64,000 nucleotides of DNA from an uncultured Fibrobacteria bacterium (GTDB lineage: Bacteria; Fibrobacterota; Fibrobacteria; UBA11236), in the NCBI GenBank assembly GCA_963716395.1, contig OY970309.1, forward strand, positions 2,624,001-2,688,000, read 5' to 3'. The first letter of the stretch is position 1, and each line of letters opens with the position of its first letter. The notes under the pieces are model-generated. The model saw only the letters and a list, made by a program, of their open reading frames with translations, did not search any database and was not told the DNA's origin. Positions 30,938 through 40,604 of the stretch are shown in pieces. The position numbers and the translations under genes were made by a program.

Positions 30938-31717
30938 TCATCCGATGGAGTGGGGCCTCTGCCGATCTGGATGGGTGGAGCGGGACGGCTTTCGCCGCCG
31001 TTCGGAATTCCACCGCGATTCCCACAACCAAAAGCCACCGAGCATGCCGTCTTGATTGGAAACAATTTTGATTCCGGGTTCGAGCTTGAAGGTGATCAGC
31101 CTCGCATTGCCGCCGCCGAGATAGGTTTTGTCGGCGTGCATCAAATCGTGCAGGATCTCCAGCACGCGCAGCACGCGGCCATTCCACTTTTTGCGGCCGA
31201 TTTTTTTCAGCGCGTGTTTGCCGAGATATCCGTTGTAGTCCAGTTTGTCATGTACCGGATGGTGCGCCAATTCGAGATGGGGCATGAGTTCGCCGTCGCG
31301 GAACAGCGCCGTCCCCACGCCGGTGCCCAGCGTCACCACCAATTCGAGGCCTCGGCCCGCAATCGCGGCCAGTCCCTGCATGTCGGCGTCGTTGAGCAGG
31401 CGAACCGGTTTGCCGAACTTCGTCCCCAGCGCATGGGCCAGATTGAAGTCGTGCCAACTCTCGTTGCCGAAATGGGGCGCGGTGATGATTTTGTCGCCGC
31501 GGACATAGCCGGGGAATCCCACCGCGACCCGATCATAGGCCGGCAGCGGCTTCGCCAGTTCCACCAAGGTTTTGACCAGAACCTTGGGCGGACACGGGTA
31601 GGGCGTAGCGACGGCCGCGCGCTCGGTCAGCATTGCTCCCCGGGCATCCAGCACCGAGCATTTTAGGCGGGTACCGCCTACGTCGATGGCCAGCGTGCGG
31701 GCGCCGCGGGAAGTCAT
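30938..31717 (-). CDS. ROK-family kinase (polyphosphate glucokinase-like)
   Basis: IDVGGT, GFPG, LNDADMQG, TLGTGVG, ELAH and YLGGGN. Confidence 0.85.
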   Translation of the reverse strand: MTSRGARTLAIDVGGTRLKCSVLDARGAMLTERAAVATPYPCPPKVLVKTLVELAKPLPAYDRVAVGFPGYVRGDKIITAPHFGNESWHDFNLAHALGTKFGKPVRLLNDADMQGLAAIAGRGLELVVTLGTGVGTALFRDGELMPHLELAHHPVHDKLDYNGYLGKHALKKIGRKKWNGRVLRVLEILHDLMHADKTYLGGGNARLITFKLEPGIKIVSNQDGMLGGFWLWESRWNSERRRKPSRSTHPDRQRPHSIG

Positions 31718-31774
31718 GCCGGCATCCGCACGGTATTTTTTCTCCCGGCTTTTTGGTGATTCGCGTCGGAAGGT

Positions 31775-32287
31775 TTACGCATGGTGTTCCAAGCTTTCCG
31801 GGTGGGTGCGCGCCAGGATTTCCTTGGCCTGCGCGGCTTCTGCTTCGCTGCCGTGGATAATCAAAACAAACTTGTCGGCTTTGAGGGCGGTGTGATACCG
31901 GAGGATACTGTCCTTGGGAATTCCGATGCTGTATAAGGCCGCTCCCAACGCATTCAGCCCGGCTACGAGGATGGCGCCTTCCAACCCGCCGACAATCCAG
32001 CCCGCCAAAGGCCCGGCCACCAAAATCGGACCCAAACCGGGCATCAAAAAGAAAGCGGAGCCGAACAAGAGTCCCCAGAGACCGCCCCAGAAGGCGCCGA
32101 TTTTTCCCCAGGCTTTCATGCGGTCGCCGGTGTTGTAATAGCCGACGACATGTTCTTCCGGATGGTAATCGCGACCGACAATCGACAATTTCTTCATGTC
32201 GAAACCGGAAAGCTGCAGTTCTTTGACGGCCTCTTCCGCGGCGGTATGCGTCGGATAAACCGCTACGATGGAATTATTCGGAGTCAT
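31775..32287 (-). CDS. General-stress/DUF1269-like membrane protein
   Basis: A.Y.TH.AAEEAV..L, GAFWGGLWGLL glycine-zipper and GAALYSIGIPKD. Confidence 0.8.
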   Translation of the reverse strand: MTPNNSIVAVYPTHTAAEEAVKELQLSGFDMKKLSIVGRDYHPEEHVVGYYNTGDRMKAWGKIGAFWGGLWGLLFGSAFFLMPGLGPILVAGPLAGWIVGGLEGAILVAGLNALGAALYSIGIPKDSILRYHTALKADKFVLIIHGSEAEAAQAKEILARTHPESLEHHA

Positions 32288-32615
32288 GGTTTTTCGCTTT
32301 CGGTGTTGGGTTGGGAATTCAAAGTCCAGCGCGCAATTCCTGCCGCCATGTTCGACTGAAACGGGATATCTCCGCCGGGCGTTTCCGAACGGTATGGGGA
32401 CTCGAAGGGGTGAATGAAACGAACGGCGCATTCGAACATGGAGAAACCTTTGGGATTCTCGCGGGTTGCTTTTCGAAATATTCCAGGTTTGTAAGCTATA
32501 AAACGTTGATTCGCGGCGGAGATCAAAGCGATTTAATTCCGATTAAACCCGAATGCATTCTTCCGTCCGGGGCCGGCGCAACGGCGCCCTGAAGCGCGCC
32601 GACGGAGGTCTTAGG

Positions 32616-33566
32616 CTAGGAAATGGGGGGAACCTTTTCGCCCAGCAAATCCAACACGCCGGATAATTTTCCGTCGTACCAGAACAGGGCGTCCCAATCG
32701 TCGGGGTTGAGCCGGGAAAGTTTTTCCTGGTACTCCGGTTTGATTTTTCCATCCGGGCCGGTAAGGGCTTTCTGTTCGTTCTCCACCAGCATGTTCAAAA
32801 CCGCATTCCAATTCCCGGCGGCGATCGAATCAAAGAACGCGTTGGCGGCCGCTTCCAGTTCGGGCGGAGGTTGCGGGATGATCAGCGAGACCCCGACCAA
32901 TTTTCCGCGGCGCAGCGTCAGACTGTTCCACGCCGTCGTATCGATGGCCGCGAGCCGATGGCGTGCGCTGGCTTTGATGTGTCCATTCGAGCTGAGGAAG
33001 ATGAGGCGGGTGCTGGGATACATGTCCTCCAAAACGGCTTGCCATTTTCCCGCCCGGATATCGGTGAAAAAATCCTCGGCCGCGGCATGCAATTTTTGTT
33101 CCCGGAGGCTGTCTTCGGTGGGCGTCTTCGTGGCTTCGGACTCGGTGGCGAAATTGCTGTCGATGGGCAGCGATTTACCCAACTGTTCCACCGGCAGCGA
33201 AGCGTAGATTCCCGTCAGCTTGCCGTTGACCAGCCGAACATTGGGATCATGGATCAAGTCTTTTAAGGGCACTCCGAACAGGCGTTCCCGCATGGCTTCC
33301 GGAACATGCCCTTTGGCATTCAGAATTTTGGCCTGATCGGCCGGCACGAGGTGATGCACCGCGGCTTGAAAGTTGCCGGCGGCCACGAATTCCTTGAAGG
33401 CGATCAGGCTGTCTTCTTTTACGGCTTGGGCGGATTCGGGGCCGGGGAATTGGTGCGTGGAGGCGCAGCCGGCCAGCAGCACCAGGGTTCCGAAAAGAAA
33501 TCGGGGAGGGATGGGAAAAAAGTTTGGAAGCAGACTCGCTTTCTTCAGTTTGCGGGCAGAATTCAT
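32616..33566 (-). CDS. Hypothetical lipoprotein with three tandem repeats of about 65 aa
   Basis: Lipobox LAGC and three F...I.AG.W.A....L...G......RL...GKL.G[IV] units. Confidence 0.7.
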   Translation of the reverse strand: MNSARKLKKASLLPNFFPIPPRFLFGTLVLLAGCASTHQFPGPESAQAVKEDSLIAFKEFVAAGNFQAAVHHLVPADQAKILNAKGHVPEAMRERLFGVPLKDLIHDPNVRLVNGKLTGIYASLPVEQLGKSLPIDSNFATESEATKTPTEDSLREQKLHAAAEDFFTDIRAGKWQAVLEDMYPSTRLIFLSSNGHIKASARHRLAAIDTTAWNSLTLRRGKLVGVSLIIPQPPPELEAAANAFFDSIAAGNWNAVLNMLVENEQKALTGPDGKIKPEYQEKLSRLNPDDWDALFWYDGKLSGVLDLLGEKVPPIS

Positions 33567-33821
33567 GTTTTCCCCCTGGATGAAGTTGGGAGCAAATTAG
33601 GTTTATCCCAGGCCGGAAAGTACTTCTTAAATACACCAAATACCGTGGTTGCTAGTATTAAAAAATTTTAATCATTCCTGTCGCTGCGGTGCTTCTCTTC
33701 GAGCAAAATTCGCCCGGGAAGGGGACAGGTTCATTCCGGAAAGAAATGGACACAACGCGTGGCTGGGGCCTGCCGGGAAAGCCCCGTAGCCTGCGGCCAT
33801 CCAGGCGCAACACCTTACAGC

Positions 33822-35048
33822 CTAGTGTTGTGCGCCCGTATATTGCAGAATGTACACAGCCGACGCTGCGTGGTCGAAAGCGCGCGCGGTTTCGCTATTC
33901 ACCCTTTGGCCGAAAAGATTAAAGCCGGCCGAGGGCATGCCCAGCGGATTGCCCAGCGAATTACCGGCGGAACCGGAGAGAAACAAACGAAACGCCGTTC
34001 CCGCATGGGCGGAGGCAAAACCCGGGGCGGCCTGCAAATTGATTCCCTCCGCGGTGATTCCCGGATGCACTCTTCCCGCTACGTTTAATTGCACCTTGAA
34101 GGCGCCGCTGTCGCCGGTGATGTAAAGCGTATGCGGGTTGGGTCCGCCGCCGAACATCGAATTGCCGAACACGCAATTGACCGTCGAGGAAGAATTCGAT
34201 TGGGTCATTTTGATGGAACCGAGAACCGTGCCCGAAGAGTCGAGCACCACCACGGAATTCGGATACTGGCCTTGGCCGCTGTTATTGCAGACGTAAACGT
34301 TATAGTTCGAATCCACCGTGATTCCGTCCGGCCCATAAATGGCGGGTCCGAACTGTTTCATGGTGCTGGTATCCATCACATGCGTCGTGGGATCCACCTG
34401 AAAGGTGACCACCCGGTTTTCCCCGTATTGGCAGACATAGATGAACCCTTTTTCCTCGATGTATTCGATTCCGTTCCATTCGCAGGTGCCGTACGTGTTG
34501 GAAAAATTCCAATCCTTTTTCACCGTGCCGTCCTGGGAACGAAAATAAATGTGCTGGTTCCAGGTGGTGAAGTACATATCGCCATTCGTGGTGAACGAAA
34601 GGTCGTTTGCGCCACCGGAACCGCCGGCCGTCCACGCATTGGAGGTATCGGTGGCGAGCACTTTGAGCACAGCGCCGGTGGTGGTATCGCGTTCGGTGAT
34701 TTGGGACTTTTCGCACACCACCAATTTCCGGTCGAGGGGGTGGAAATCCAGGCCATTGCTGTAATTGCCGATATTGATCAGCTTGGTCATGATCCCGGCC
34801 GGGGAGACTTTCCAGATATTGCCCGCCACCTGCTCGGAAAAAAACAAGGTGCCGTTCGAGGCCATCGCCGGACCTTCACCCCAAAGTGTCAACGTGGGAG
34901 TCGATATCGCGGCCCTTTGGATCTGCACTCCGGCATCGCAGAGTGCGGCGGGAAGGTTAATTGTGCCGTAGGTCTGGGCAAGGGCCGCTTGCCATCCCAG
35001 CACGGATGCCAGCAGGCAATATTTTTTCAAACCGTCGGTTATACGCAT
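33822..35048 (-). CDS. Secreted SMP-30/gluconolactonase-family beta-propeller
   Basis: EGP, SNGL, ANDL, NGI, PDGITVD and NCVFG motifs, signal peptide, C-terminal FNLFGQRV. Confidence 0.85.
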   Translation of the reverse strand: MRITDGLKKYCLLASVLGWQAALAQTYGTINLPAALCDAGVQIQRAAISTPTLTLWGEGPAMASNGTLFFSEQVAGNIWKVSPAGIMTKLINIGNYSNGLDFHPLDRKLVVCEKSQITERDTTTGAVLKVLATDTSNAWTAGGSGGANDLSFTTNGDMYFTTWNQHIYFRSQDGTVKKDWNFSNTYGTCEWNGIEYIEEKGFIYVCQYGENRVVTFQVDPTTHVMDTSTMKQFGPAIYGPDGITVDSNYNVYVCNNSGQGQYPNSVVVLDSSGTVLGSIKMTQSNSSSTVNCVFGNSMFGGGPNPHTLYITGDSGAFKVQLNVAGRVHPGITAEGINLQAAPGFASAHAGTAFRLFLSGSAGNSLGNPLGMPSAGFNLFGQRVNSETARAFDHAASAVYILQYTGAQH

Positions 35049-35444
35049 TTGTCCTCCCGCCCCAACGATCTTTGCTTCACGCAATCTAACGCGGGGGCCT
35101 GCTCTTGGCAGGAGGTTCCCTCGGTTCGCAGCCGTAGGTACGGCTTCGGCGCCGCCGGAATATTTGTGAAATTCATCGCCGGCCGGTTGGTTTGTGCGCA
35201 CATTCTGAATTGCGTTCGGTAACGCGCCGGTACTTTTTTGTAACACCGGCGTTCTCGGCATTCCCGCGGTAACCTTGCCGCAGGAGATTTCACGGCGCCG
35301 GATGGCGGAAACCGCCTTAAATCGCCTTTCCTGTTACAACACTTTTCGGGCTTACGCGTGCTGCGTTGCGAGCTTGGTTCGTCGCCTGCAATCTCTGCTG
35401 GTTCATCGCAGGCCCGCTTGATATTATTCTAAGCGGAGCCAAGG

Positions 35445-36110
35445 ATGAAAACGCCAACCCTGATCAAGTCGAACCACCAGCGTGGACAAATGCGGTTATC
35501 CCTGCTGCGCCTCCTGGCCGTCGGAATGATGGGTTTGCTGGCGGTGCAAAACACCGAGGCCCATTCGGCCAATACCGACGCCCGCAGGGGCGGGGGACAC
35601 CGATCGCGAGGTTTCTCTGCCTACGGTTATCGCGGCGGCCATGCTTACGGGCGTTCTAATTTCGGGCATCGCGGATATGCCACCCGCGGGTTTTACGGAA
35701 GGCCTTATTTCGTGTCGCCGCATCTCGGTTTGTTCGTTCCCTTTCTACCCCTGGATGCCGTCGCGTTGTATGCCGGAGCCCTGGGCTTTTACTATGCCGA
35801 TGGGTATTACTACCAGGCCGTCTCCGACGGATACGAGGTGGTTCCCCCGCCCGACACGGTGTATGTGCAGGACGGCTCCACGGTCGTCAACGAAAACGTC
35901 GCGGCCGATACCGAGATCACAGACGCAGCCCCGGCGCCCGCACCCGCGCCGGAACCGATCAAAACCAAAACCGTCGCGGTCCATAACAGCAATGGATCGC
36001 ATACGCCGGTTTTGCTGCAATACCTCAACGGCCATTGGACCGGGCCGCGGGGAGAAGAGTACGACGCCTTTCCGACCAACAAGCAATTGCGTGCCGCCTA
36101 CGGTTTTTAG
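35445..36110 (+). CDS. Secreted Gly/Tyr-rich protein (DUF6515-like)
   Basis: Signal-like region, RGG/YG-rich stretch, YYADGYYY...GYEVVPPP, and a C-terminal NSNGS..PV...GPRGEEY domain. Confidence 0.6.
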   Translation: MKTPTLIKSNHQRGQMRLSLLRLLAVGMMGLLAVQNTEAHSANTDARRGGGHRSRGFSAYGYRGGHAYGRSNFGHRGYATRGFYGRPYFVSPHLGLFVPFLPLDAVALYAGALGFYYADGYYYQAVSDGYEVVPPPDTVYVQDGSTVVNENVAADTEITDAAPAPAPAPEPIKTKTVAVHNSNGSHTPVLLQYLNGHWTGPRGEEYDAFPTNKQLRAAYGF

Positions 36111-36323
36111 GTAATCCCATTCTTCCCATCGGCGCGGCCATGCGCCGACTCCGTTTGCGATTTTGGTTATCTTCCGGCTCTCGGCTGGTCGGGCTTCATC
36201 CCCCGCGGGACGGGCCGCCGGCAGTTTTGGCTTTCGGAGCGCTCCTCGATCTCCTGCTTCCCGGCGCGAAACCAACGGCATCCCCAGGTTGCGGATGCGT
36301 AGAAGGTTCGGGAAAGGGAAATC

Positions 36324-37523
36324 ATGGTTGGCAATTTATTCGTGATCGTGCCGGTAATCCTTTTATCGGTTTTTCTCTTTCATCGCCGGCTGCTCGCGTC
36401 GCCGATTTGGCGGGCCATGGTCACGCCCTTGGCCTCGATTATCGGCAGCGGCTTTCTGGTGCTGGCCCCGATTCTCGTCCGCCATTTCGGATCGGCCGCC
36501 GTGCTGGTCATGGCGGGCCTGTGCTTCGTGGCCTACGCCATCGGCGGGGCCATCCGCTGGAATATCGCGGCGATTGGCGGCGAACACGGACTCATGCCTT
36601 TCGCCGGATTCGAAATCGGTTTGGAAAAGCTGTCGCTGTGGACGCTCGCCTTTGCCTACATCATTTCGGTTTGTTATTACCTGAATCTTTTCGGGGCTTT
36701 CTGCACCAGTCTCACCGCCTACAATGCCCCGGTCTACGGCCGTTTGGTCACTACCGTTGTGCTTGGCGTCATCGGATTTCTGGGATGGACGCGCGGGTTG
36801 TACGGGTTGGAAAAAGCCGAGCAATGGTCGGTGGGCATCAAGCTGGCGGTGATCGGCGGCTTGCTGGCCGGAATGTTCTACCATGCCGGCGTCTTGACCC
36901 GCCATGGGCTGCTTCCGCATAACCACGCGACCTTCCACTGGAGTTCCCTGCGCGTGGCCAGCGGACTTCTGATTACGGTGCAAGGATTTGAAACCTCGCG
37001 CTACCTGAAAGAAGGGCACAATGCCGTGACCCGGATCGCCACCATGCGCTATGCGCAGTGGTTCTCCACCCTCATCTATCTGGTGTTCATCGGACTCGCC
37101 AGCATTTCGTTCTTGCCCGGCGCGATCGGGGCGCGGGAGACGGCGATTATCCAAATGACGGAGAAGGTGGCGCCGGTTCTGCCCGTGTTGCTGGTGCTGG
37201 CGGCGCTGGCGGCCCAGTTCAGCGCCGCCGTCGCCGACACCGGCGGCTGCGGCGGCTTGACCTATGAAATGAGTGGCGAGCGGCTGCATCCCCGCTTGGG
37301 ATACGTGGTCATCATGGCGGCGGCCGCCGCGCTGACCTGGATGGCCGATATCTACCAGATCATCAGTTACGCGTCTCGGGCTTTTGCGGTGTATTACGGC
37401 TTGCAATGCGCGGTGGCGGCGCTGCTCGCCCGGCGCGCGCACAAACAGGCCCGCAGCGCCTGGTTCGCCCTGCTGACCGTGACCTGCTTTTCCATCGCGA
37501 TCTTCGGCGTACCCGCGGAGTAA
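36324..37523 (+). CDS. APC-superfamily membrane transporter
   Basis: TPLASIIGSGFL, VQGFETSRY, SRAFA.YY and about 12 TM segments. Confidence 0.75.
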   Translation: MVGNLFVIVPVILLSVFLFHRRLLASPIWRAMVTPLASIIGSGFLVLAPILVRHFGSAAVLVMAGLCFVAYAIGGAIRWNIAAIGGEHGLMPFAGFEIGLEKLSLWTLAFAYIISVCYYLNLFGAFCTSLTAYNAPVYGRLVTTVVLGVIGFLGWTRGLYGLEKAEQWSVGIKLAVIGGLLAGMFYHAGVLTRHGLLPHNHATFHWSSLRVASGLLITVQGFETSRYLKEGHNAVTRIATMRYAQWFSTLIYLVFIGLASISFLPGAIGARETAIIQMTEKVAPVLPVLLVLAALAAQFSAAVADTGGCGGLTYEMSGERLHPRLGYVVIMAAAAALTWMADIYQIISYASRAFAVYYGLQCAVAALLARRAHKQARSAWFALLTVTCFSIAIFGVPAE

Positions 37524-37529
37524 CAATCT

Positions 37530-38411
37530 TTATCCTGCGTTTGCGTCCCCGGGACCTTTCGGCGGTTCGCGGTCGAAATGCACGTCCATTTGGGGAAAGG
37601 GGATTTCGATGCCTTCGCTGCGAAAGCGCTGGAAGATGGCGTAATAGAGCTGCGACTTCAAGCGCGCGGGGCGATCGGTATAAACCGTGGTCCACACCCA
37701 CAGGTCGAAGTTCAGAGAACTGTCGCCGAAGGCGTCGAACCACACTTCGGGAGTCGGATGGCTTTCGACGCCGTCGACCGCTTGCGCCACCTCCAGCAAG
37801 ACGTCGCGCACCCGTTCGGGATTTTCACGGTAAGAGACTCCCACGGGAATGCGAAAGCGCCGTGTCGCGTCGCCGTGGGTCCAGTTCACGACCTTGCCCG
37901 TGATGAAATCGCCATTGGGCACGATGATGGTGACATTATCGTTGGTTTGAATGGTGGTGGCGCGCGCCCCGATGGCGGCCACCCGCCCGTGCACGTCGCC
38001 GACCTCGATCTGATCGCCGACTTTAATGGGCCGTTCCAGGAGGATCACCAGACCCGCGGCCAGGTTGGTGACCACGTTTTGCAGGCCGAAGCCCACGCCG
38101 ATTCCCAAACTGCCGGCCAGAAGAGCCAACCCGGAAAGGTTGACGCCCGAGGTCGACATGATGGTGACCAGGCCGATCACCACGATGGCATAGCGCGTGA
38201 GGGTCTGCACCGATTCGATCACGCCCGGCTGCAGGCGCCGGCGCGACAGGGTGCGACGCACCAACCATTTGCCGAGGCGTCCCGATTGCGAGAACAGCAA
38301 AGCCAGCAAGGCGGAGAAATAGAAGAGGCGCCAGACGGTGACGTCGTTGCCGCCCAAAGTGAACAGGTTGAAATTCAGAATCAACCGCGCGTGATCGATG
38401 AATGCCCGCAT
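37530..38411 (-). CDS. Small-conductance mechanosensitive channel (MscS family)
   Basis: GIGVGFGLQ, ERPIKVGD, IVPN, VGVSY and IEIPFPQ. Confidence 0.92.
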   Translation of the reverse strand: MRAFIDHARLILNFNLFTLGGNDVTVWRLFYFSALLALLFSQSGRLGKWLVRRTLSRRRLQPGVIESVQTLTRYAIVVIGLVTIMSTSGVNLSGLALLAGSLGIGVGFGLQNVVTNLAAGLVILLERPIKVGDQIEVGDVHGRVAAIGARATTIQTNDNVTIIVPNGDFITGKVVNWTHGDATRRFRIPVGVSYRENPERVRDVLLEVAQAVDGVESHPTPEVWFDAFGDSSLNFDLWVWTTVYTDRPARLKSQLYYAIFQRFRSEGIEIPFPQMDVHFDREPPKGPGDANAG

Positions 38412-38946
38412 GCCGCCCCTTGTGTAGTAGTTGACCCCCGCGCTCCCACGGGAATCCCGTTACCAACAGTAGGTCGGCGCGGCGGGGAATCACAGCGTGG
38501 ATCGAGCGCCGCAAATCCGTTTCGGTCCGCTTGGCCTTGAATCCGGTCGGGCGAACCGGAGGGAAGCCCCGAAAACCCGCAGCCGGGTGCCGAACCCCGC
38601 GGGCCGCGCATCCAAAAGAGTGCAACCGCGCGGCGCCTTCTTATATTTCCCCGGGGGTCAGACTGAAATTTTCCGGGCCGCAGCCCATTTTTTTTGCCGC
38701 AACACTCCGGCCTCAGGGTCGGCCTTTGTCTTCCCCCGGCCTAAACACAAGCGTTACCGGTATCTTTAAGGTTACTCTCGGTCGCTACGACGTCCCCGGA
38801 TCGGGGCCGTGAAAAAAAAATCCGTCGAAAACTTGATTTTCAAAATCGGGCTATATAATTTATCCCCGTTTTTCAGGCTTACGTTTCTTTACAAACCATG
38901 ATGGCCTTAAATATCCTAAAGCTTCAGATCCGGAAAGGCGCAGACC

Positions 38947-39876
38947 ATGATAGAAGTTGAAGGTCTGACCAAGCGCTACGGCGCCACCCTGGCGGTCGAC
39001 AACGTTTCCTTTCACATTCGCCAGGGCGAAGTGGTGGGTTTGCTCGGGCCGAACGGCGCCGGCAAAACCACCACGATGAAAATTCTGACCTGTTTCATCT
39101 CGGCCACGGCGGGCCGGGCGAGTGTGAACGGCTTCGACACCTTCGACCAACCCTTGCGCGTGCGCGAACAGATCGGCTATCTGCCGGAGAACTGTCCGCT
39201 GTATCTGGACATGGATGTGACCGGATACCTCAATTTCTGCGCCCGCATTCGCAACATCGAACCGGGCAAGCGCGCCGGTGCCGTGAACAAGGTGCTGGAA
39301 GAATGCGACTTGCGTCATGTCACCGGTAAGCTGATCGGCCATCTCTCCAAAGGCTACCGGCAGCGCGTGGGGCTGGCCCAGGCTCTGCTGCACAATCCGC
39401 CCGTGCTGATCCTCGACGAGCCCACCTCGGGCCTCGACCCCAACCAGATCCGCGAGATTCTGAAGCTCATCTCCAACCTCGGGCAGGAAAAAACCGTCAT
39501 CCATTCGACGCATATCCTGTCCGAAGTCGAGGCCACCAGCGATCGGGTGCTTATCATCAACAACGGCGGCATCGTGGCGCAGGGCACCCCGCGCGAACTG
39601 ATGTCCAAAGCCTCGGGCACCACGGTGTACTTGACGGTCAAGGGCGACGGCGCGCCGGCGGAGATCGCGGCGGCGCCCTTCGTGGGCAAGTCGGAAAAAA
39701 TGGGCGATGCCCGCGACGGCTTCGTGCGCCTGGCGGTGCATGGCAAAGCCGAAGAAGACATCGCGATCGAGTTGTACAAGCTGGCGGTGGCCAAACATTG
39801 GTTGGTCTCCGAATTGCGGACCGAAGCGGCCAATCTCGAAGATGTTTTCGCGCAACTCACCAAGGGGCGAACATGA
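38947..39876 (+). CDS. ABC transporter ATP-binding protein (GldA-like)
   Basis: GPNGAGKTT, LSKGYRQRVG and LDEPT. Confidence 0.92.
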   Translation: MIEVEGLTKRYGATLAVDNVSFHIRQGEVVGLLGPNGAGKTTTMKILTCFISATAGRASVNGFDTFDQPLRVREQIGYLPENCPLYLDMDVTGYLNFCARIRNIEPGKRAGAVNKVLEECDLRHVTGKLIGHLSKGYRQRVGLAQALLHNPPVLILDEPTSGLDPNQIREILKLISNLGQEKTVIHSTHILSEVEATSDRVLIINNGGIVAQGTPRELMSKASGTTVYLTVKGDGAPAEIAAAPFVGKSEKMGDARDGFVRLAVHGKAEEDIAIELYKLAVAKHWLVSELRTEAANLEDVFAQLTKGRT

Positions 39877-40601
39877 AGGTCAACAACGTATGGACCATAT
39901 TCCGGAAGGAATTGCGGAGCTATTTCGCATCGCCCATCGGCTACGTGTTCATCATCTTCTACCTGCTGGTTTCCAACGGCCTTTTCTTTTTCGTCGAAGA
40001 TTTCTTCCGGCAGGGCGAGGCTTCGATGCGCGCCTACTTCGGCGCCATGCCCTGGGTCTTTTTGTTTTTCGTGCCCGCCATCACCATGCGCCTGTGGGCT
40101 GAGGAGAAAAAAGTCGGCACCCTGGAAATTCTGCTCACCATGCCGCTGCGTGAAAGCGAAGTGGTGCTCGGCAAATTCCTGGCCAGCTTCGCCTTTCTGG
40201 CCATCGCGCTGGCCTGCACCATAACCCTGCCCATTTCCATCGAGTTTCTCGGCCGCCCCGACATCGGCGTCATCATCGGCTCCTATTGCGGCGCCCTGTT
40301 TCTGGGCGCGGCCTATTTGGCCGTGGGCCTGCTCATCAGTTCGTTGAACGAAAATCAGGTGGTGGCCTTCATCATCTCGGTGGCCGTCCTCTTCGCCATG
40401 CTGGTGGTCGGGATCATTCCGGTGTATCTCAACAGCCTGGGATCCTTCGTCCACGTGTGCGAATACCTCAGTCTGTTGAGCCATTTCAACAACGTGACCC
40501 GGGGCGTCCTCGACTCCCGCGACGTCGTGTATTACCTCTCCGTGGTCGGATTGTTCCTGTATCTCAACGTGAAAAACATCGAAGCCCGGAAGTGGAGATA
40601 G
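39873..40601 (+). CDS. ABC-2 permease (GldF-like)
   Basis: KELRSYFASPIGY, PAITMRLWAEEKK.GTLE and RGVLDSRDVVY. Confidence 0.9.
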   Translation: MKVNNVWTIFRKELRSYFASPIGYVFIIFYLLVSNGLFFFVEDFFRQGEASMRAYFGAMPWVFLFFVPAITMRLWAEEKKVGTLEILLTMPLRESEVVLGKFLASFAFLAIALACTITLPISIEFLGRPDIGVIIGSYCGALFLGAAYLAVGLLISSLNENQVVAFIISVAVLFAMLVVGIIPVYLNSLGSFVHVCEYLSLLSHFNNVTRGVLDSRDVVYYLSVVGLFLYLNVKNIEARKWR

Positions 40602-40604
40602 AAC

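Noticed and set aside
32506-32526. TTGAT...ATCAA as an FNR box upstream of the oxidase-linked genes
   Set aside because: The spacing is 11 nt rather than the required 4
38420-38940. Possible structured ncRNA or riboswitch in long intergenic regions (also 35050-35440, 36110-36320, 49540-49840)
   Set aside because: Only generic GC-rich hairpins were seen, with no recognisable Rfam motif; an Infernal search would be needed
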